A DNA stretch of 64,000 bases from Phoronis australis (Eukaryota; Animalia; Phoronida). Numbering within the stretch: position 1 is the first letter of the stretch; each line of letters starts with the position of its first letter. The notes beneath the pieces were generated by a model. That model had not been told where the DNA came from, did not search any database, and worked only from the letters and a program-made list of their open reading frames with translations. The stretch covers positions 176,710 to 240,709 of the forward strand of contig NMRA01000102.1 in NCBI GenBank assembly GCA_002633005.1. Direction: 5' to 3'. Positions 49,829-62,805 of the stretch are shown here, one piece after another. The translations under genes and the position numbers were made by a program.

Positions 49829-51034
49829 GCGTCTGGGAAACGATGTTGGAAACCCGAGCCAGCCGGTCATTTGCCTCGGCAATACCGGTCGATGTGGCTC
49901 AACACTTTTATCATCCATGATGCAAGAGGTCCCAGGCTGCGTGTGTATAAATGAACCGCATGCGTTTTATGACGTTTGGTACTTGAAGTGGAGACGGGAA
50001 ATCAACAAACAAGAAGCGGGAGAATTATATTCGTCATGTCTACGTTTGCTTTGTAAATTGAAGGATGCTAGTGTTAAATATTACTTTATTCAACAAAGAA
50101 ACACAAAATACGACATTAATGCCCTTACAAATGCTTTGCCTGCTATCATACATTTATTTATGTATCGTTCGGACGTACTGAAATGTGCCGTTTCATATTG
50201 GAAATTGTTCCAGATCGCTTTCGTTGGAAAAGTATTTCGAATCAAAGAGATGTGGATAGGCAGATGTGCGCCTGAGTTGAGTAAGATGGTGACGGAATGG
50301 TTATGCGACAAAGTTGAGCCAACAAATTTTTGGTTAACTGAATCTGATAGTCTTTTAAATATACCATTACTTGATATTTTCTTCTTACGTATAATAAGAC
50401 AATGTGAACAGTATTCCAGATGTCGCAGAAGCGTGGACATAGTAGCCATAAGATACGAGGACTTGTTGGATAACACGGAGTATGCATGCCAGGCGATTGG
50501 TTCACATTGTCAACTCCCTCAAAGCTTCCTTGACAAGGGTCCTTCTGCATTATCAAGAGACTCACAAGCCAACTCCGACATAAGTAGAGAAAGTCTGAGA
50601 AAATATTCTATTAATGTCGATGAAAGTGTCAGAAAGCGACTAGATCGTCTGTGCTTGGACCTTAACTTGACTTTACGTCATTGTAAAGAAAAACTTATGT
50701 TGCCTTCGACTATAACTTGTCCTACCCAAACTAAAAACTAGACTAAATCTCCATCTCCACTGTTGCTGAGAAAACTTGAGATGAATTTTCCAAATCGACA
50801 AATGTGGAAGTTGTGTTTATGTTTCCAGTGTGTCAAACGGGTTATAAGCTCGCATTACCTCGAAACCATAACTTTTGATTTAGACAATTTACCGCGCTAT
50901 GAAATTAGTCTCAATTTGTTCCTTACTGAAATGAGCAATGGAGTAGTGGGGCGTTCATATAGACTGTGGAGTAGTGGGGCATTCATATAGACTGTGGAGT
51001 AGTGGGGCGTTCATATAGACTGTGGAGTAGTGGG
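49829..51034 (+). other. Apparently exact duplicate of 48622-49827 after a single N (probable assembly artefact)
   Basis: Offset 1207 bp, identical translated ORFs in all frames, junction at N49828 inside a 28-bp tandem repeat. Confidence 0.8.
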
Positions 51035-51190
51035 GCTTTCATATAGACTGTGGAGTAGTGGAGCGTTCATAGACTGTGGAGTAGTGGGGCGTTCATATAG
51101 ACTGTGGAGTAGTGGGGCGTTCATAGACTGTGGAGTAGTGGGGCGTTCATAGACTGTGGAGTAGTGGGGCGTTCATATACTGGAGTGTTC
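50939..51190. repeat. 26-28-bp minisatellite (also 49732-49827)
   Basis: TGGAGTAGTGGGGCGTTCATATAGACTG units. Confidence 0.9.
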
Positions 51191-51571
51191 ATAGACTGGG
51201 AACGGTGCTTTAGTGTTTCAATACGCTGGTGCAGCAGATCTTTTCTTCACACATCTTGAAAATGTGGAGGAATACAACTAAAAAAATAATTCGAGTTTAC
51301 TGTTGAGGTGAGTTGTAAGCAAAAATAATCATCTGTAGCAAAACATAACAGCATGTGTTCTGCTTCAAACAAAAAATATTAAAACTCCATGACTTTGTAC
51401 ATTTTAAAACTAAAATGTGTACTCACGTGACGCGGCTGAAGTAAAATGTGTGTTGAATTTGGGAGTAGATATGCCTCTTTAGTATGCATGGTTTTTGTTT
51501 TTATTCATGCCAACCCATGTTACGCAAATTTGTCTTTCACTTCTTGTGTCATCTTTGAGACTGAAAATTGT

Positions 51572-51845
51572 TGCTAATAACAACTGATTTCTATCTTACA
51601 TCCTTAGTGTGCTTAATGCTAATAACAACTCTGATTTGTATCTTACATCCTTAGTGTACTTAATGCTAATACAACTCTGATTTCTATCTTACATCCTTAG
51701 TGTACTTAATGCTAATAACAACTCTGATTTCTTTCTTACATCCTTAGTGTACTTAATGCTAATAACAACTCTGATTTCTATCTTACATCCTTAGTGTACT
51801 TAATGCTAATAACAACTCTGATTTCTATCTTACATCCTTAGTGTT
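51572..51845. repeat. 47-bp minisatellite, about 6 copies
   Basis: GCTAATAACAACTCTGATTTCTATCTTACATCCTTAGTGTACTTAAT units. Confidence 0.9.
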
Positions 51846-54800
51846 TACCTTACTCATGCTACCTTGGTATGAGTTAATTTTTCTTAGTTGTCTTTTTCTA
51901 ATTTTTTTTAGTTTTTAGGTGATTTATGCATACTCATCATTAGTGTAGTTTATTGCTGTTTATCTGCTGTGGACATTTGTACTTTGTTATTGCTAATATG
52001 GAATAAAGCATATTCTATTCTATTCTAAATGGAGTGGAACATTTTATGGTTGGGTATATCATAGGTCTCTCTAAGATATACCAGTGTTCTGGTTAAAAGA
52101 GGTCTGAACTACATGTTTCAGCATTTTAATATGAATTTTGAAAGTATAAAGGTTGGTTACTGGCATCCACATATTCTTAAATAGTGCACAGTGTTTTTCT
52201 TTTTTATATTGAAAAGTAAAAATTTATTAGTTCCTTAAAGACCCACTGCAAGCGCTGTTTTTCATGACGTCACTGAGGCTGTACAGCACAAGGTCATAGT
52301 ACAGATGTCAGTTCAACATGTTGTATTATACTCATACTCACAACCTTTTTCGTTTTTCTTTCCTATGACGTTCATTCATACCGGGGCCTAACCAGCCAGC
52401 TAGCTGTATGAAGACTATTTTCAAAATACAGCTAGGTACCAGTAGCAATTGTCACAATTGTGTGTTTAGTTCCATTGGACTCCAAAATTTCACATAGCCA
52501 GGGCATGCAGTTTTGCTCGTCATCGACGTCGTCGCGAAACTTATATCAGCATGTAGCCAGCCAGCTAGCTGTATGAAGACTGTCGTCAAAATATAGTCCG
52601 GTTACCTATTGTCGTCAGGCTCCAAAGGTCGTCCGCCATCTTGTTTCGCGTGCAGCGCAACCACGCGGGACTTAGCGTTCCAATTTGGAGTGCTCGTGTG
52701 CACGTTAGGTACTAACTTATCGGAAGAGACACGTATCAAAGTAATGAGACAAAAATCGGTGAGTTTACCGATTGTTTTTTAAAACCACTTAAAAATCAGT
52801 AGATTTTACTAATACACTTTTTTGTGCGTTTTCAGAAGATGTTTTCGAATTTAAATTTTCTTCCGACGGGACACAAAACATGATCCAGGGTTTGTTTATG
52901 CAATGTATCTGTTTTTCCCAGGCACTAGTAGGATCTAGAAGGCCAAAGGAAAAATCCGCAGACAAATGCGATACGCTGGGTTCTTAACATTTTGCCTCAC
53001 GCATTCACCATTAAACTGCATTGAAATGTTGTCCAATTGGCTTTTATTGGAAACCACAGTGCAGAGCTCAACATCAAAGCTTCAAATCGAGTTTATGTCA
53101 ATAAAAACAGGCTGTTGCAATTTTCATTACTTCGTTGGCCTTTTTCTGCATGTTTCTCAGTTTTTACAAAAGGGGGCAGCATATGACGAACTTAGGTGTC
53201 ACAATAAAATGGCTGCCGAAGGCAGTGCACATTTGAAATAACTCGGCACAAATTAAAGAAAACTTCCGAATCGATGAATGCGGTATATCTGTGAGAGTTA
53301 AATCGAATCCTATTCAGATCATAACTTTGAAGTGGAATAATTCGGTGAGTACAACAGCAAGTCGGTTTTATGCTTAGGCGGACGACCATTGGGTTCCCCA
53401 GTATACAGCTAGGGGTACCACTGTGTGTATTTCTTCCGTGGACCCCGAAATTGCACGCAGCCAATGTAGTTCTGCTCGTCACCGCGCCGTGACGCTTGTA
53501 TCAAAATGTAAAGCTAAAGACCGGACGGGGTGCATGCAAAATCTGGGATCAACCGATACTCACCTTGCCCGTTACAGCTGTTTAAGTCAGTAAAAAACAA
53601 TGCAACCAACGTCATTTTCTTGCGTAACTCTCTACCTTTTCTAACAATGGAAAATATGTTGTCGTTTCGAAAACAATACGCTCGTGTCACGCGCACGCGC
53701 AATTTCCTAAATTTTCGTGACATAACTTCGGAGAAGCAAAATTTGTTCTGAAATTCGGTTTTTCGGTATCGGAATACTAAAAAATTATAATGAAGTGAAA
53801 CCAGTTCCAATAATTTGTTGTGACGTGCACGCAAGCTCGTGAAAGAACAGCAGCTGATTGAAGTCGGCGAAAAAAGAAACTGGTCAATAGGTGACGCAAT
53901 ATTTCATGGCGCCGAACGTCGATAAAGATCCCTCCACAACTTTAGCAGCAGAATAACGGTAGAACGCCATTTTTTCCAACCCTGTAAATAAGTTAGTTTA
54001 CTCAAGGAAGACTGTAGTTTTTAATGACACTAATTTTGTGTCAGATTTTATCTTACCACTTTTTTACCCACATCGGTGCAAAGCTATATATTTATATACA
54101 GCTTTGTACCAAGGCTAATCAACATGTAGAGCTACGGGCCCGTAGCCGGGTAGAGGAGTCGGGGTAGGGGGGTCGGTGGAGGGGGGCTCCATCGAACCCC
54201 TCCCTTCGCGGAAAAGGTCCAGCCCCAGCCTATCTGTGAAAGAGGGAAAACTGAGGCGGTTCGTAAAACACGTCTGATTTATTGAAATGAGAGAACACTG
54301 AAAGCAAGTAAAAACTACACAACGCTATAAATATTATGACGAAAGGAAACTTGGAACAAACTGATTGGAAGAATATTAGAAACGCAAGAAAGAAAATCAG
54401 GGAAAACATAATGGTAACTAATATCGCAAAGTGAATGTGAAACGTGAACGAGAAAACAACTTGATGTTAACGTCATGACAGTATCCGTTAGAGATAGGGT
54501 ATAGGTGGACAACAACAACAGCTACTGGTAGTACTAATTATAATTATAACTAAGTTAGATGAATTTGATACTGATTCAAAGCGCTTCGCTTAATCTTCGG
54601 GCCCTACCCGGCCCCAGGGCCCAACTTCGCCCGATGAGTGGTGTTTGCGTAGATGACAGGATCGTGCACACGATTAGAGGAGGCTTTATGTCATTCATTG
54701 GCATTATTGCGTGTGTGGTTGGTACTCCATTATCGTAGATATTATCGTTGGCCAAACGAGTGAACGTTACGCCGTTAGATTACGTGGGAAAGTTGATTCT

Positions 54801-56368
54801 TGTTAGTGGCGTAAAGCATTTCTGTACGCCGTAAAGTAATTATTACATTACGAAGTAAAGTAAGTATTTGGGGCGCTTAAAGTTACTTTACGCCGCAAAT
54901 AATTACTTTATGCCACAATTAATTTATTTATGCCGTACTTCATCGGCCTGTAACAAGAATTATGTTACGCACGTATAATTTTTAAATTATTAAAAAGGGC
55001 GTATCGTTCACCCATTTAGCCAACGATACATCATAGGGTTACAAGGGATTCTAGAAGTAAATGTCTATAACTAGCTAAGCTTTAAAACAGCGAAATAGCT
55101 CTCAAAAAGTAGTGTGGCGTGAATGTCTTAAAATCGACCAAGAAACAAAACAGCAGAAAATATGATTGTTATCTGTTATTTTTGTGTACTTGCTAGCATC
55201 AAGTAGTAGGGTTAGGTGCAGGCATTTCAAATTTAAAATTGAAGGTGATCGTCAAATGATTGTTGTTCCTCCAATGTCCACTTTCATTGTGGATTGATGG
55301 ACTGACATGCATGCGGGTGTACACATGTGTGCATTTTCATTTCTTTAAATCCAGTACACGCCGACGGTAAGTTCAATATAGGCAGTCTTCTGTTGTTGCT
55401 CAAACAAAAACCAGACATTAACTACTGTGTGTTCTTGCACACAGTATAAGGGAAAAGCAGGTCTTGACCTAATGAAATTTTGGTCAACGAAGAAAGAGTT
55501 CCCTTGTCAATCAGTGACAGTGGTGCACAGCAGCACAGACTTCATACGGTAACAAACTTTAGTGGTGCAAAAGATTTCCAAGATTACGTGTCACTATTCC
55601 GAAGGTTTAGGCCTACTCCTCGGAAAGTCCACTACTCTTAAGTTTCACTACAGACTCCCACAATTCATTACTCTGATTGTCTGCAAATGGAGTCGGAACT
55701 GACATGAATGAAATATTGTTTTGTATCCATTAAGTAACAACGTATGCAAGAGTTGAATAGTTCTTAAAACATTGATTGCATTGTTTACAAATAAGCTTCG
55801 TTCCAATCACTGCCAATCGTGACTTCCTGAGTCTAACGAACGACTCATCACAGTCTCAAGCAAGGACAACATCTGGGACACGGGTCAGGCTGGGCTGCGG
55901 CGACCTGAAGACTGAATGGGACCCTCTGACTTTGTGAAGACTGGCAGGGACAGGGTAGCCTTCTAAGTACATTTAGTTTCGACCAGTTCCGTAGAGTGAG
56001 GTAATAATTCAGCAATATCACTTCTTCGTATTCTTTTAAAAGGATAGCAAACCCTGTGATGATTTCCACCAATCCTCGTTCTGTCATCTGCTAACGGCAT
56101 CACTGGCGCCAATCTTCCAAGTTAAAAATATACCAAACCCGGTTTTATCCTATTAACAGATACTAAAAACGACTTTCCCATCCAATTATCTGAATCGAAA
56201 TAATACTCGGCTCAACAACCCTCTACAGTTTTGAGGAGAATCAGAAAACCTCTGCTAAAGGGACAAGCTTGACCTACGCTTTTAGCGAGTTACGCGGCAA
56301 TTGTGGGAAAAGACCATCCACCAGGGACCATAATGTCCAATTCGGGAGAGTAATGGGTATGAATTCTT

Positions 56369-58922
56369 TTTTATACATTTATGGGCAATGAGAACAATTA
56401 CAATAACACAACAAGACAAGAACACCCCAGACACGCTCACGCATACCCCACGACTAATCCTCTTGACTACTAAGAAAAACGGTTTCAAAGTTACACCATC
56501 TTTTTGCACAAATTCTGAATTCAAATCCTTACGAGCACTATACTTTCCCTCATATAATATTGCTTGATGAAGTTAAAAAATCTACTTAGAAGTAATCTTT
56601 TTGATCCGAACTTTTGGCTATAAATAAACTGTTTACCCAATAATAAAACAATGTTTTTAAAATTTTCCTTTTTATCAAAAAAGCCAAAAATAACATTGTT
56701 GCAGGAGAGAGTGCCGACACACTGGAGTTTTGCTTTGTTTAAAATTTCGTTATTAACTTTTGTCCAAAATGAATTTACTGTTTCACATTCCCAAAATAAG
56801 TGTTTCAAAGTCTCTTTCGATTGTCCACAAAAGGAACATTCGTAATTTGAATTATTTTTAAAAATGAGTTAGTAGTCAAAATTCTTGTCAAGAGTCTGAA
56901 CTGAAGCCATCTGATTCTTAGGTCTCTTCTTGTGTTATATAGAATGGAATAAACATCTTCCCATGAAAAATTATTTGCATTCACGTTCAGTTCTTTGCCC
57001 CATTTTGACTCCGCTTTTGAGACTTCGGAACTATAATTTAATTGTGTACAAATAAGTGGACACCCTTGCCCACCAGTTTCATTAAAATCGTTGGCACAAC
57101 AGGACACCGGCCCGTAGCCAGGGAGGTTCGGGGAGTTCAATCGAACCTCCCCCCCTCGCGGAAAAGGTCCAACCCCGACCTATCCGTTAAAGATGGGATT
57201 TAGATGGACAACAACAACAAAATTGTTGCAGTTACTGGTACTACTAACTATAATGATAACTAAGTCACTAACAATTTTGAATTTAGTTCACGTAATTATC
57301 GGTCCGTACCCGTTCAACTTCGTCCGAATGATGTTTGATGATAGGATCGTGCAGACGATTAGAGGAGGCTTTATGTTATTCGTCGGCATTGAACGCATGT
57401 GATGGTTACACCGTAGGGAAACAAGGGAGTCTAGAAGTAAATGTCAATACCTAGATAGGATATGTAGCAGCGAGAGAGCTCCCAATAAGTAGTGCCGTGT
57501 GAACGTCTTAAAATCGACCAAGAAACAAAATAGCAGAAAGTATGTTTATCTGCTATTTTGATAATGGCAAAGTACGATAAATTGCAGAATTTTCAAATTT
57601 CCACTTTGGTTGTGGGTTGGTGGATGACATGCATGCGTGTACACGTGCGTGCGTTTCCACTCTTTTAAATTCAGTACACGCCGATGATAATTAAATTCAC
57701 TACAGGGGGCAGTCCTCCGTCGTTGCTCAAAAATCTACATGGGGGGCGCACCATGGGGGGGTTGGGGGCTATAATCCCCACTTTTTTTAGTGCTGCGCCG
57801 CCCATGGTCTAAATTAAGAAGACTGAATGGGACTCTCCGACTTCGTGATGACTGGCAGGGACAGGGTAGCCTACTAACTACGTTTAGTTTCGACCCGGCC
57901 ATGCGCGTGGTTACTATGGGTGAGTTTGAGGGGCAGCAGCCCTAAACTAGCTCAGTCACGCTGTGAAATGATACGGCCTTGCATGGATTTGATGAATGTA
58001 TCGTGGTTGATAATTCATCAATATTCCTACTTTATAATCTTTTAAAAATTCAAGTAAATTACGTACTCATTTTCCGTATTCTAAAGACATGCGGGCAATT
58101 TCGCATGCACTTGGAATCCGGGCGTTGTTGAGCATAGGTACACCACCTAGTGCATCTAATAACCCAAGTGTCGTTTATTTTTGCAGGTAAAAGGGGATGT
58201 CTGATACACCCAAGTCCGAAACTTTAGATCTTTTAGGAGTAGTGAACCTTCAGACTAGTGAACCTTAATTTGGAATACTGTATGGGCTGTTCCCATTTCC
58301 AGTGATGTAAGCTAGTTAAGTAACACGCAAAATACAACCAGATCAAAATATTCAAGTCGATCATGCTCCAATTAAATATTTCCGTCCGAGAATGTAATGA
58401 GGTGTAATCACTCATTTAAAGCACGCCCGGATTGAAAGTTTGGCGGGGGTAACGCGGGAACATTCTCTTTCTGGACCACATTACATCCGAATTTGAGTCC
58501 CGTTCTTTGTGAACAAGCGTCAGGGCATCCTCATTTCTGGTATTACGAATTCCGTTTGATCTTGGGAACATAGAGCTGACAGTCGTCGTTGTGAATATAG
58601 ATGAACCTTCCCCCTAGTAAGCTGTGTCAAGGGCCTTACCGAAAACTCTACAGTGTCGACTTTTGTAAAATATCAAAGGTCCACCGTACTACTAGAAATT
58701 CGAACCACCCCCCCCCCGCGCAATGCTGTCCACGGGCCTGGGACAATGGGCATCTAAACTAACAACTCTATCAATACCACATTTCTGTTGGTACTTTTAA
58801 TATCACTGAAATTAGACTATTATACTCCATAAAGTTCCACAAACATCCACAAAAATCTCGGTTCAAAATATTACCGTCTGGGGAAAACAAGTCCTTTATT
58901 AAGACTATGCCTCCATGGCTCC
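56369..58922 (-). mobile_element. 5'-truncated L1/Tx1-type LINE fragment
   Basis: Decayed ORF2 C-terminus (GIVLIKDLF, WLQFRLLTRILTTN, HLFWECETVNSFW); short A tail; 16-bp TSD ATGGGTATGAATTCTT at 56353 and 58923. Confidence 0.85.
57107..58740. mobile_element. TIR element with 5-bp TSD inserted in the LINE
   Basis: CCGGCCCGTAG...CACGGGCCTG flanked by GGACA; a sister copy spans about 54135-55985. Confidence 0.75.
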
Positions 58923-61310
58923 ATGGGTATGAATTCTTAGTTGATTCCTGCTTCATCTTTCAAGATTGACGCCAATGATGCAACAGCAAGTGAGAGAACT
59001 TGGATTGGCTGAAATCATCCTTTTTAAGAAAGAAATCACGTGAACATTCATACACCCTTTGTCAAAGTTTGGACAATATGGTCGTTGCTGGGTGGACCTC
59101 TCCCACAGTTGCCGCGTAATTGGCAAAAAGCGTAGGTTATGCTTACTCGTTTAGCAAACTTTGAAAGGAGTGTTCAAAATTTTCGGCCAGATTTTGAGGG
59201 TTGCCTGTTTGAGACAACTGAGTTGGAAAGTCTTTTTTATTATTGGTCAATAGGCCAAACCCGGATTCGGTATCCTTTTAAAAATGCAAGAACGTGCTTA
59301 GCTTTCCGTATTCGGACATGCAGGCAATTTCGTATGCGCATGAAATCAATAATACGTGTACGTTGTTTTCGGTATACATAAGTACACCACCCAGCGCATC
59401 TTATAACCGAAGTATCGTTTACTTTTGCATGCAAAAGTATAAAAAATAAACTTAGGTTCGAAAATTTAGATATTTTCGGAGTAGAGCCTTCGGAGTAGTG
59501 ATGGTTCATAGTACGCTGTGCCCGTTTTCAGCGACTATGTAAGAAACACTGATATTTCCCGCAACATAAATTTTAACTGAGCACCGATTTGTCTGTACAA
59601 CACACCACATTTACACTTGCTCCGTCATGCCAAACTTGCATGACTGATGAACTGAAGTCACGGTAAATGTGGTCTGTTGTAGGCCCTACAGACAAATCGC
59701 GGGTGCTTAAAATTTATGTTCAGGAAATGTGAATCCTAGAAATTGTGGTTGCGCCTTTTCAGAGTGCATCTCAGTTCTAATGTCGATGACTTATAAAGTG
59801 TTTACGACACTGTCCTGTATATGTTACGAATAACACACCGTTAAATCGGTCAGATATTATGTGTTTATTCTACGTGTATGTGCTTCAAGCACGCGGCTAT
59901 TAAAGTCACTGCAGAAACGAAATAGTTGCTGCGACGTCTCTTGCCTCGCTGCGTGTCCCCTACGTGCCTAGCCAGCTAGCTACCACCTAGCGGCACGCAT
60001 AGAGCCAGCGAGCGCCACTTGCATGACAAGGCTAAAAATCGTTCACAGTTCGCCATTTTTCACGGTTGTAAAGCAAACCAATGACTGCTGAGGTTACATA
60101 AACCAATGCTAAAGCTCGTGCCACTTCGTGATACCTGCGTGCTGGCTAGGCCGCGGGCACGTAGGGGACCAGCGAGACCTCGCTGGTTCCCTGCGTGCCG
60201 CTAGGTGGGGCGGTAGCTTGAGCAAACTCCCCTCCCGGCCAGGAAATTGTTCTGTTTTTTCCTCTAAAAATCAAGCATTTTCCTTGATTCCCGAAGTATT
60301 ATCCAAGAAAAAATGAGAAAAAAAACGAAGAAAGTGTCAAACAGGAAAAACTGTAAGCGCCACAGACTCGTGCACCGCCATGATTTAACTCCTAATTTGA
60401 TACTAAGAGACCTACTCACTTGTTTATAATCCACGGCGTTTGCGCGCGAAACCTTCTTTTTGTAATGCTTAATACATGTTTTATATTTTATGCAATCAGT
60501 TTGTAACAAATTTGTTGTATTTAAAATAGTCTTCAATCGCCCAAAAGACCAAACCCGTTTTTTGTGTTGGCAATAATGACGCGATTGCTTTGGAAATCGT
60601 CTTAAGTTAAGGTTTGACAAAGAGAGAATTGTGAGTTTCTGAGTGATTCACTAAGGCTTCGATTAAAATTGACATCTTATCAGCAACTTCTGTTTTTTTC
60701 ATCATCACAAAGATTCTATTTTCTTTAAAAAATGAAGTAATTTTATTTTCTTCATTGCACAGTAGAGCAGACGACATCGTAGTGCCCAGCGCCACTCCCG
60801 GTCGCCTGAGATATCGTGGGAGAGCCTATACTTAGCCCCCCCCCAACACTAAAAGTGCACACATTTAAATCTTGTTTCAGACGTATAATTTTAATTACTG
60901 GGCCCAATTGATAAACTCAACATTTCACTATGCTCTTGCTGTTTTATTTTTTGCGGCAGCCAATGAGGGGGGGNGGGGGGGGGGGGGCTAAATCCGTCTA
61001 TGCTACTTGAGTTTGTAAAATCTGAATTTAGGTTGACGAGAAAAGAAATACTCTAATGAATACCCTAATGAGAAAAATACACTAAATGGCCGGTTCGTGG
61101 CAGGCAGCGATCGAGGAATGAACGATATCAATAACATGACCTAATTTCATTTAGTACAAATAAATAAAATCGGAAAATGAATGTTGTTACTATTCAGTTT
61201 ATATCGTATATTAAGTATAAGAATGGCCGGTATAGTCATGCACTAGGCCTATATAACACAGTGGAATATCATTTTCTTATTAACAGCATTTTGGAGAACA
61301 GTGTCTGAAA

Positions 61311-61340
61311 CATAGACATCACAGTATTAAGATGTCTATG
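61311..61340. mobile_element. 30-bp micro-MITE with 8-bp TSD
   Basis: CATAGACATC-ACAGTATTAA-GATGTCTATG flanked by GTCTGAAA. Confidence 0.75.
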
Positions 61341-61868
61341 GTCTGAAAGTTTCAAATGATTTCCGCGATCATGCAGCCAGTGACATGCCCTCCACGTTGG
61401 GAGGGACATTCGCTCAGTTGGGCGCAAAAGGTGGCGCTAATGTTGTTAGCGGAAATAACTTAGTCATCTGCTGACATGTCGAAGAAGAAAGTTTGAAAAC
61501 ATTGTGGCGAGATGCAACTTGGAGGGTTCAGCAGATTTTATGTATATATAGCACTCGTCTTTACCTGTTTTGCCTCAGAAAAATGTTCCAGCGAATGGGT
61601 AGGTTGAATTCTCAAAATATTTGAGGTATTTAACTTTTGTTCTTGTTCAAAAAATGTCCTATTCAAATTGATTCTGTCGTCGATGAGTATCGACATGACT
61701 CGGGAGTCGTGGCGCATTCGAGTCCATTCCAGGACCACTTGGCACTTACTGCACGGCCACTGCGATTGGGCCTGAGCTCAGTCGGTGTAGAATTAGAGTA
61801 CTCAACCGTCAGTTTTTGACTTTGAGTTGAAGACTGAAACTTCACCTCTACTTTTTAAGTAAATTAAC

Positions 61869-62028
61869 CAGTGCTGTAGTGGGGCGTAGGCGCACGTACG
61901 CGCAGCCAACCACCTTTGCTTTGGCATTTGTACGTAGCGTCTACGCATGGTAAGTTACGTTCAATGTTCAAGGTGATACGGTGGGCAATGGGCATCCACT
62001 TTCCTCTAATTTTACCACTGCAGCACTG
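61869..62028. mobile_element. hAT-type MITE with 8-bp TSD
   Basis: CAGTGCTGTAGTGG...CCACTGCAGCACTG flanked by AAATTAAC. Confidence 0.85.
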
Positions 62029-62324
62029 AAATTAACAGTGTATGTGAGCTGGCTATGATGATTCTCGAGGTGGAGTGCTCGCAGGATATTTTTCTGTGTG
62101 CCAGTTCCAGATCAAATATCAAGACTATGGGGTTAGTGAGTGGCTATTATTATTTGAAAAATCCTTAGAGTTAACACTTAACATTAACAAATGTTTAAGT
62201 TCATCAAACATCAACCGTGCACTAAATTTCAGTAAATACCTTTTGTAAGTTTTTGGAGAACTAATCAAGTTTGACTCATAGTGACCTAGACAGTGACCAC
62301 CATCTCTAGCTGCCCCCAGTAGAG

Positions 62325-62805
62325 ACAGAAATTTTTCAGCGAATTATGCTTCACACTGTTTAAAACATTAAAGTCACGTTGTTATTTTAAGTACCTTTTG
62401 CGCACAGAAGGACACCTCAGGAGGCTGTTGGTGTCTTTAACTCCTTCCAACTCGAACAAACACTTCCATAATCAAACTTTTTCTTTGAGCAGTCCTTCGT
62501 TCAGTTGCCCAAATCGACAACTGGCTGTTATTAAAACTGTGGGTGCTCTTGGCAGTGCGATAAAAGCAGGAGTGTGCGTAGTGTAAAAATGGTCTGTTGC
62601 CTATTTGGGCAACTGAACAAAGGACTGCTCGAAGAAAGAGTTTGATTACAAGAGTACTTTTGCAGTTGGAAGGAATTAAAGACATGAACGGCTTTTAAGG
62701 TGTCCCTCGGCCTCCTGAGGTGTCCCTCTATGTGCAAAAGGTACTTAGATGACTTAGATGCTTTTATCAGTGTGACGCATAATTCGCCAAAAAGTTTCCG
62801 TTGTA
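62325..62805. mobile_element. Palindromic MITE
   Basis: GCGAATTATGC..AAGTACCTTTTGC..GACACCTCAGGAGG mirrored by CCTCCTGAGGTGTC..GCAAAAGGTACTT..GCATAATTCGC. Confidence 0.7.

Larger units (their letters stand above)
56126..59277. mobile_element. TTAA-flanked TIR element (Kolobok-like) hosting the L1 insertion
   Basis: 56126-56185 is the reverse complement of 59220-59277; related segments at about 37250-37600. Confidence 0.6.

Noticed and set aside
49917-50741. Second 274-aa sulfotransferase-like ORF
   Set aside because: Identical to the first copy, lacks the N-terminus and the GRCGSTLL loop, and follows an N gap; treated as an artefact
52235-54000. TTAAAGACCCACTG, a possible Kolobok left end with CpG-rich interior
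   Set aside because: No matching right TIR or coding remnant found by eye
60965-60990. Long poly-G, possible G-quadruplex
   Set aside because: Contains an N (60974) and lies in a repeat end; length unreliable
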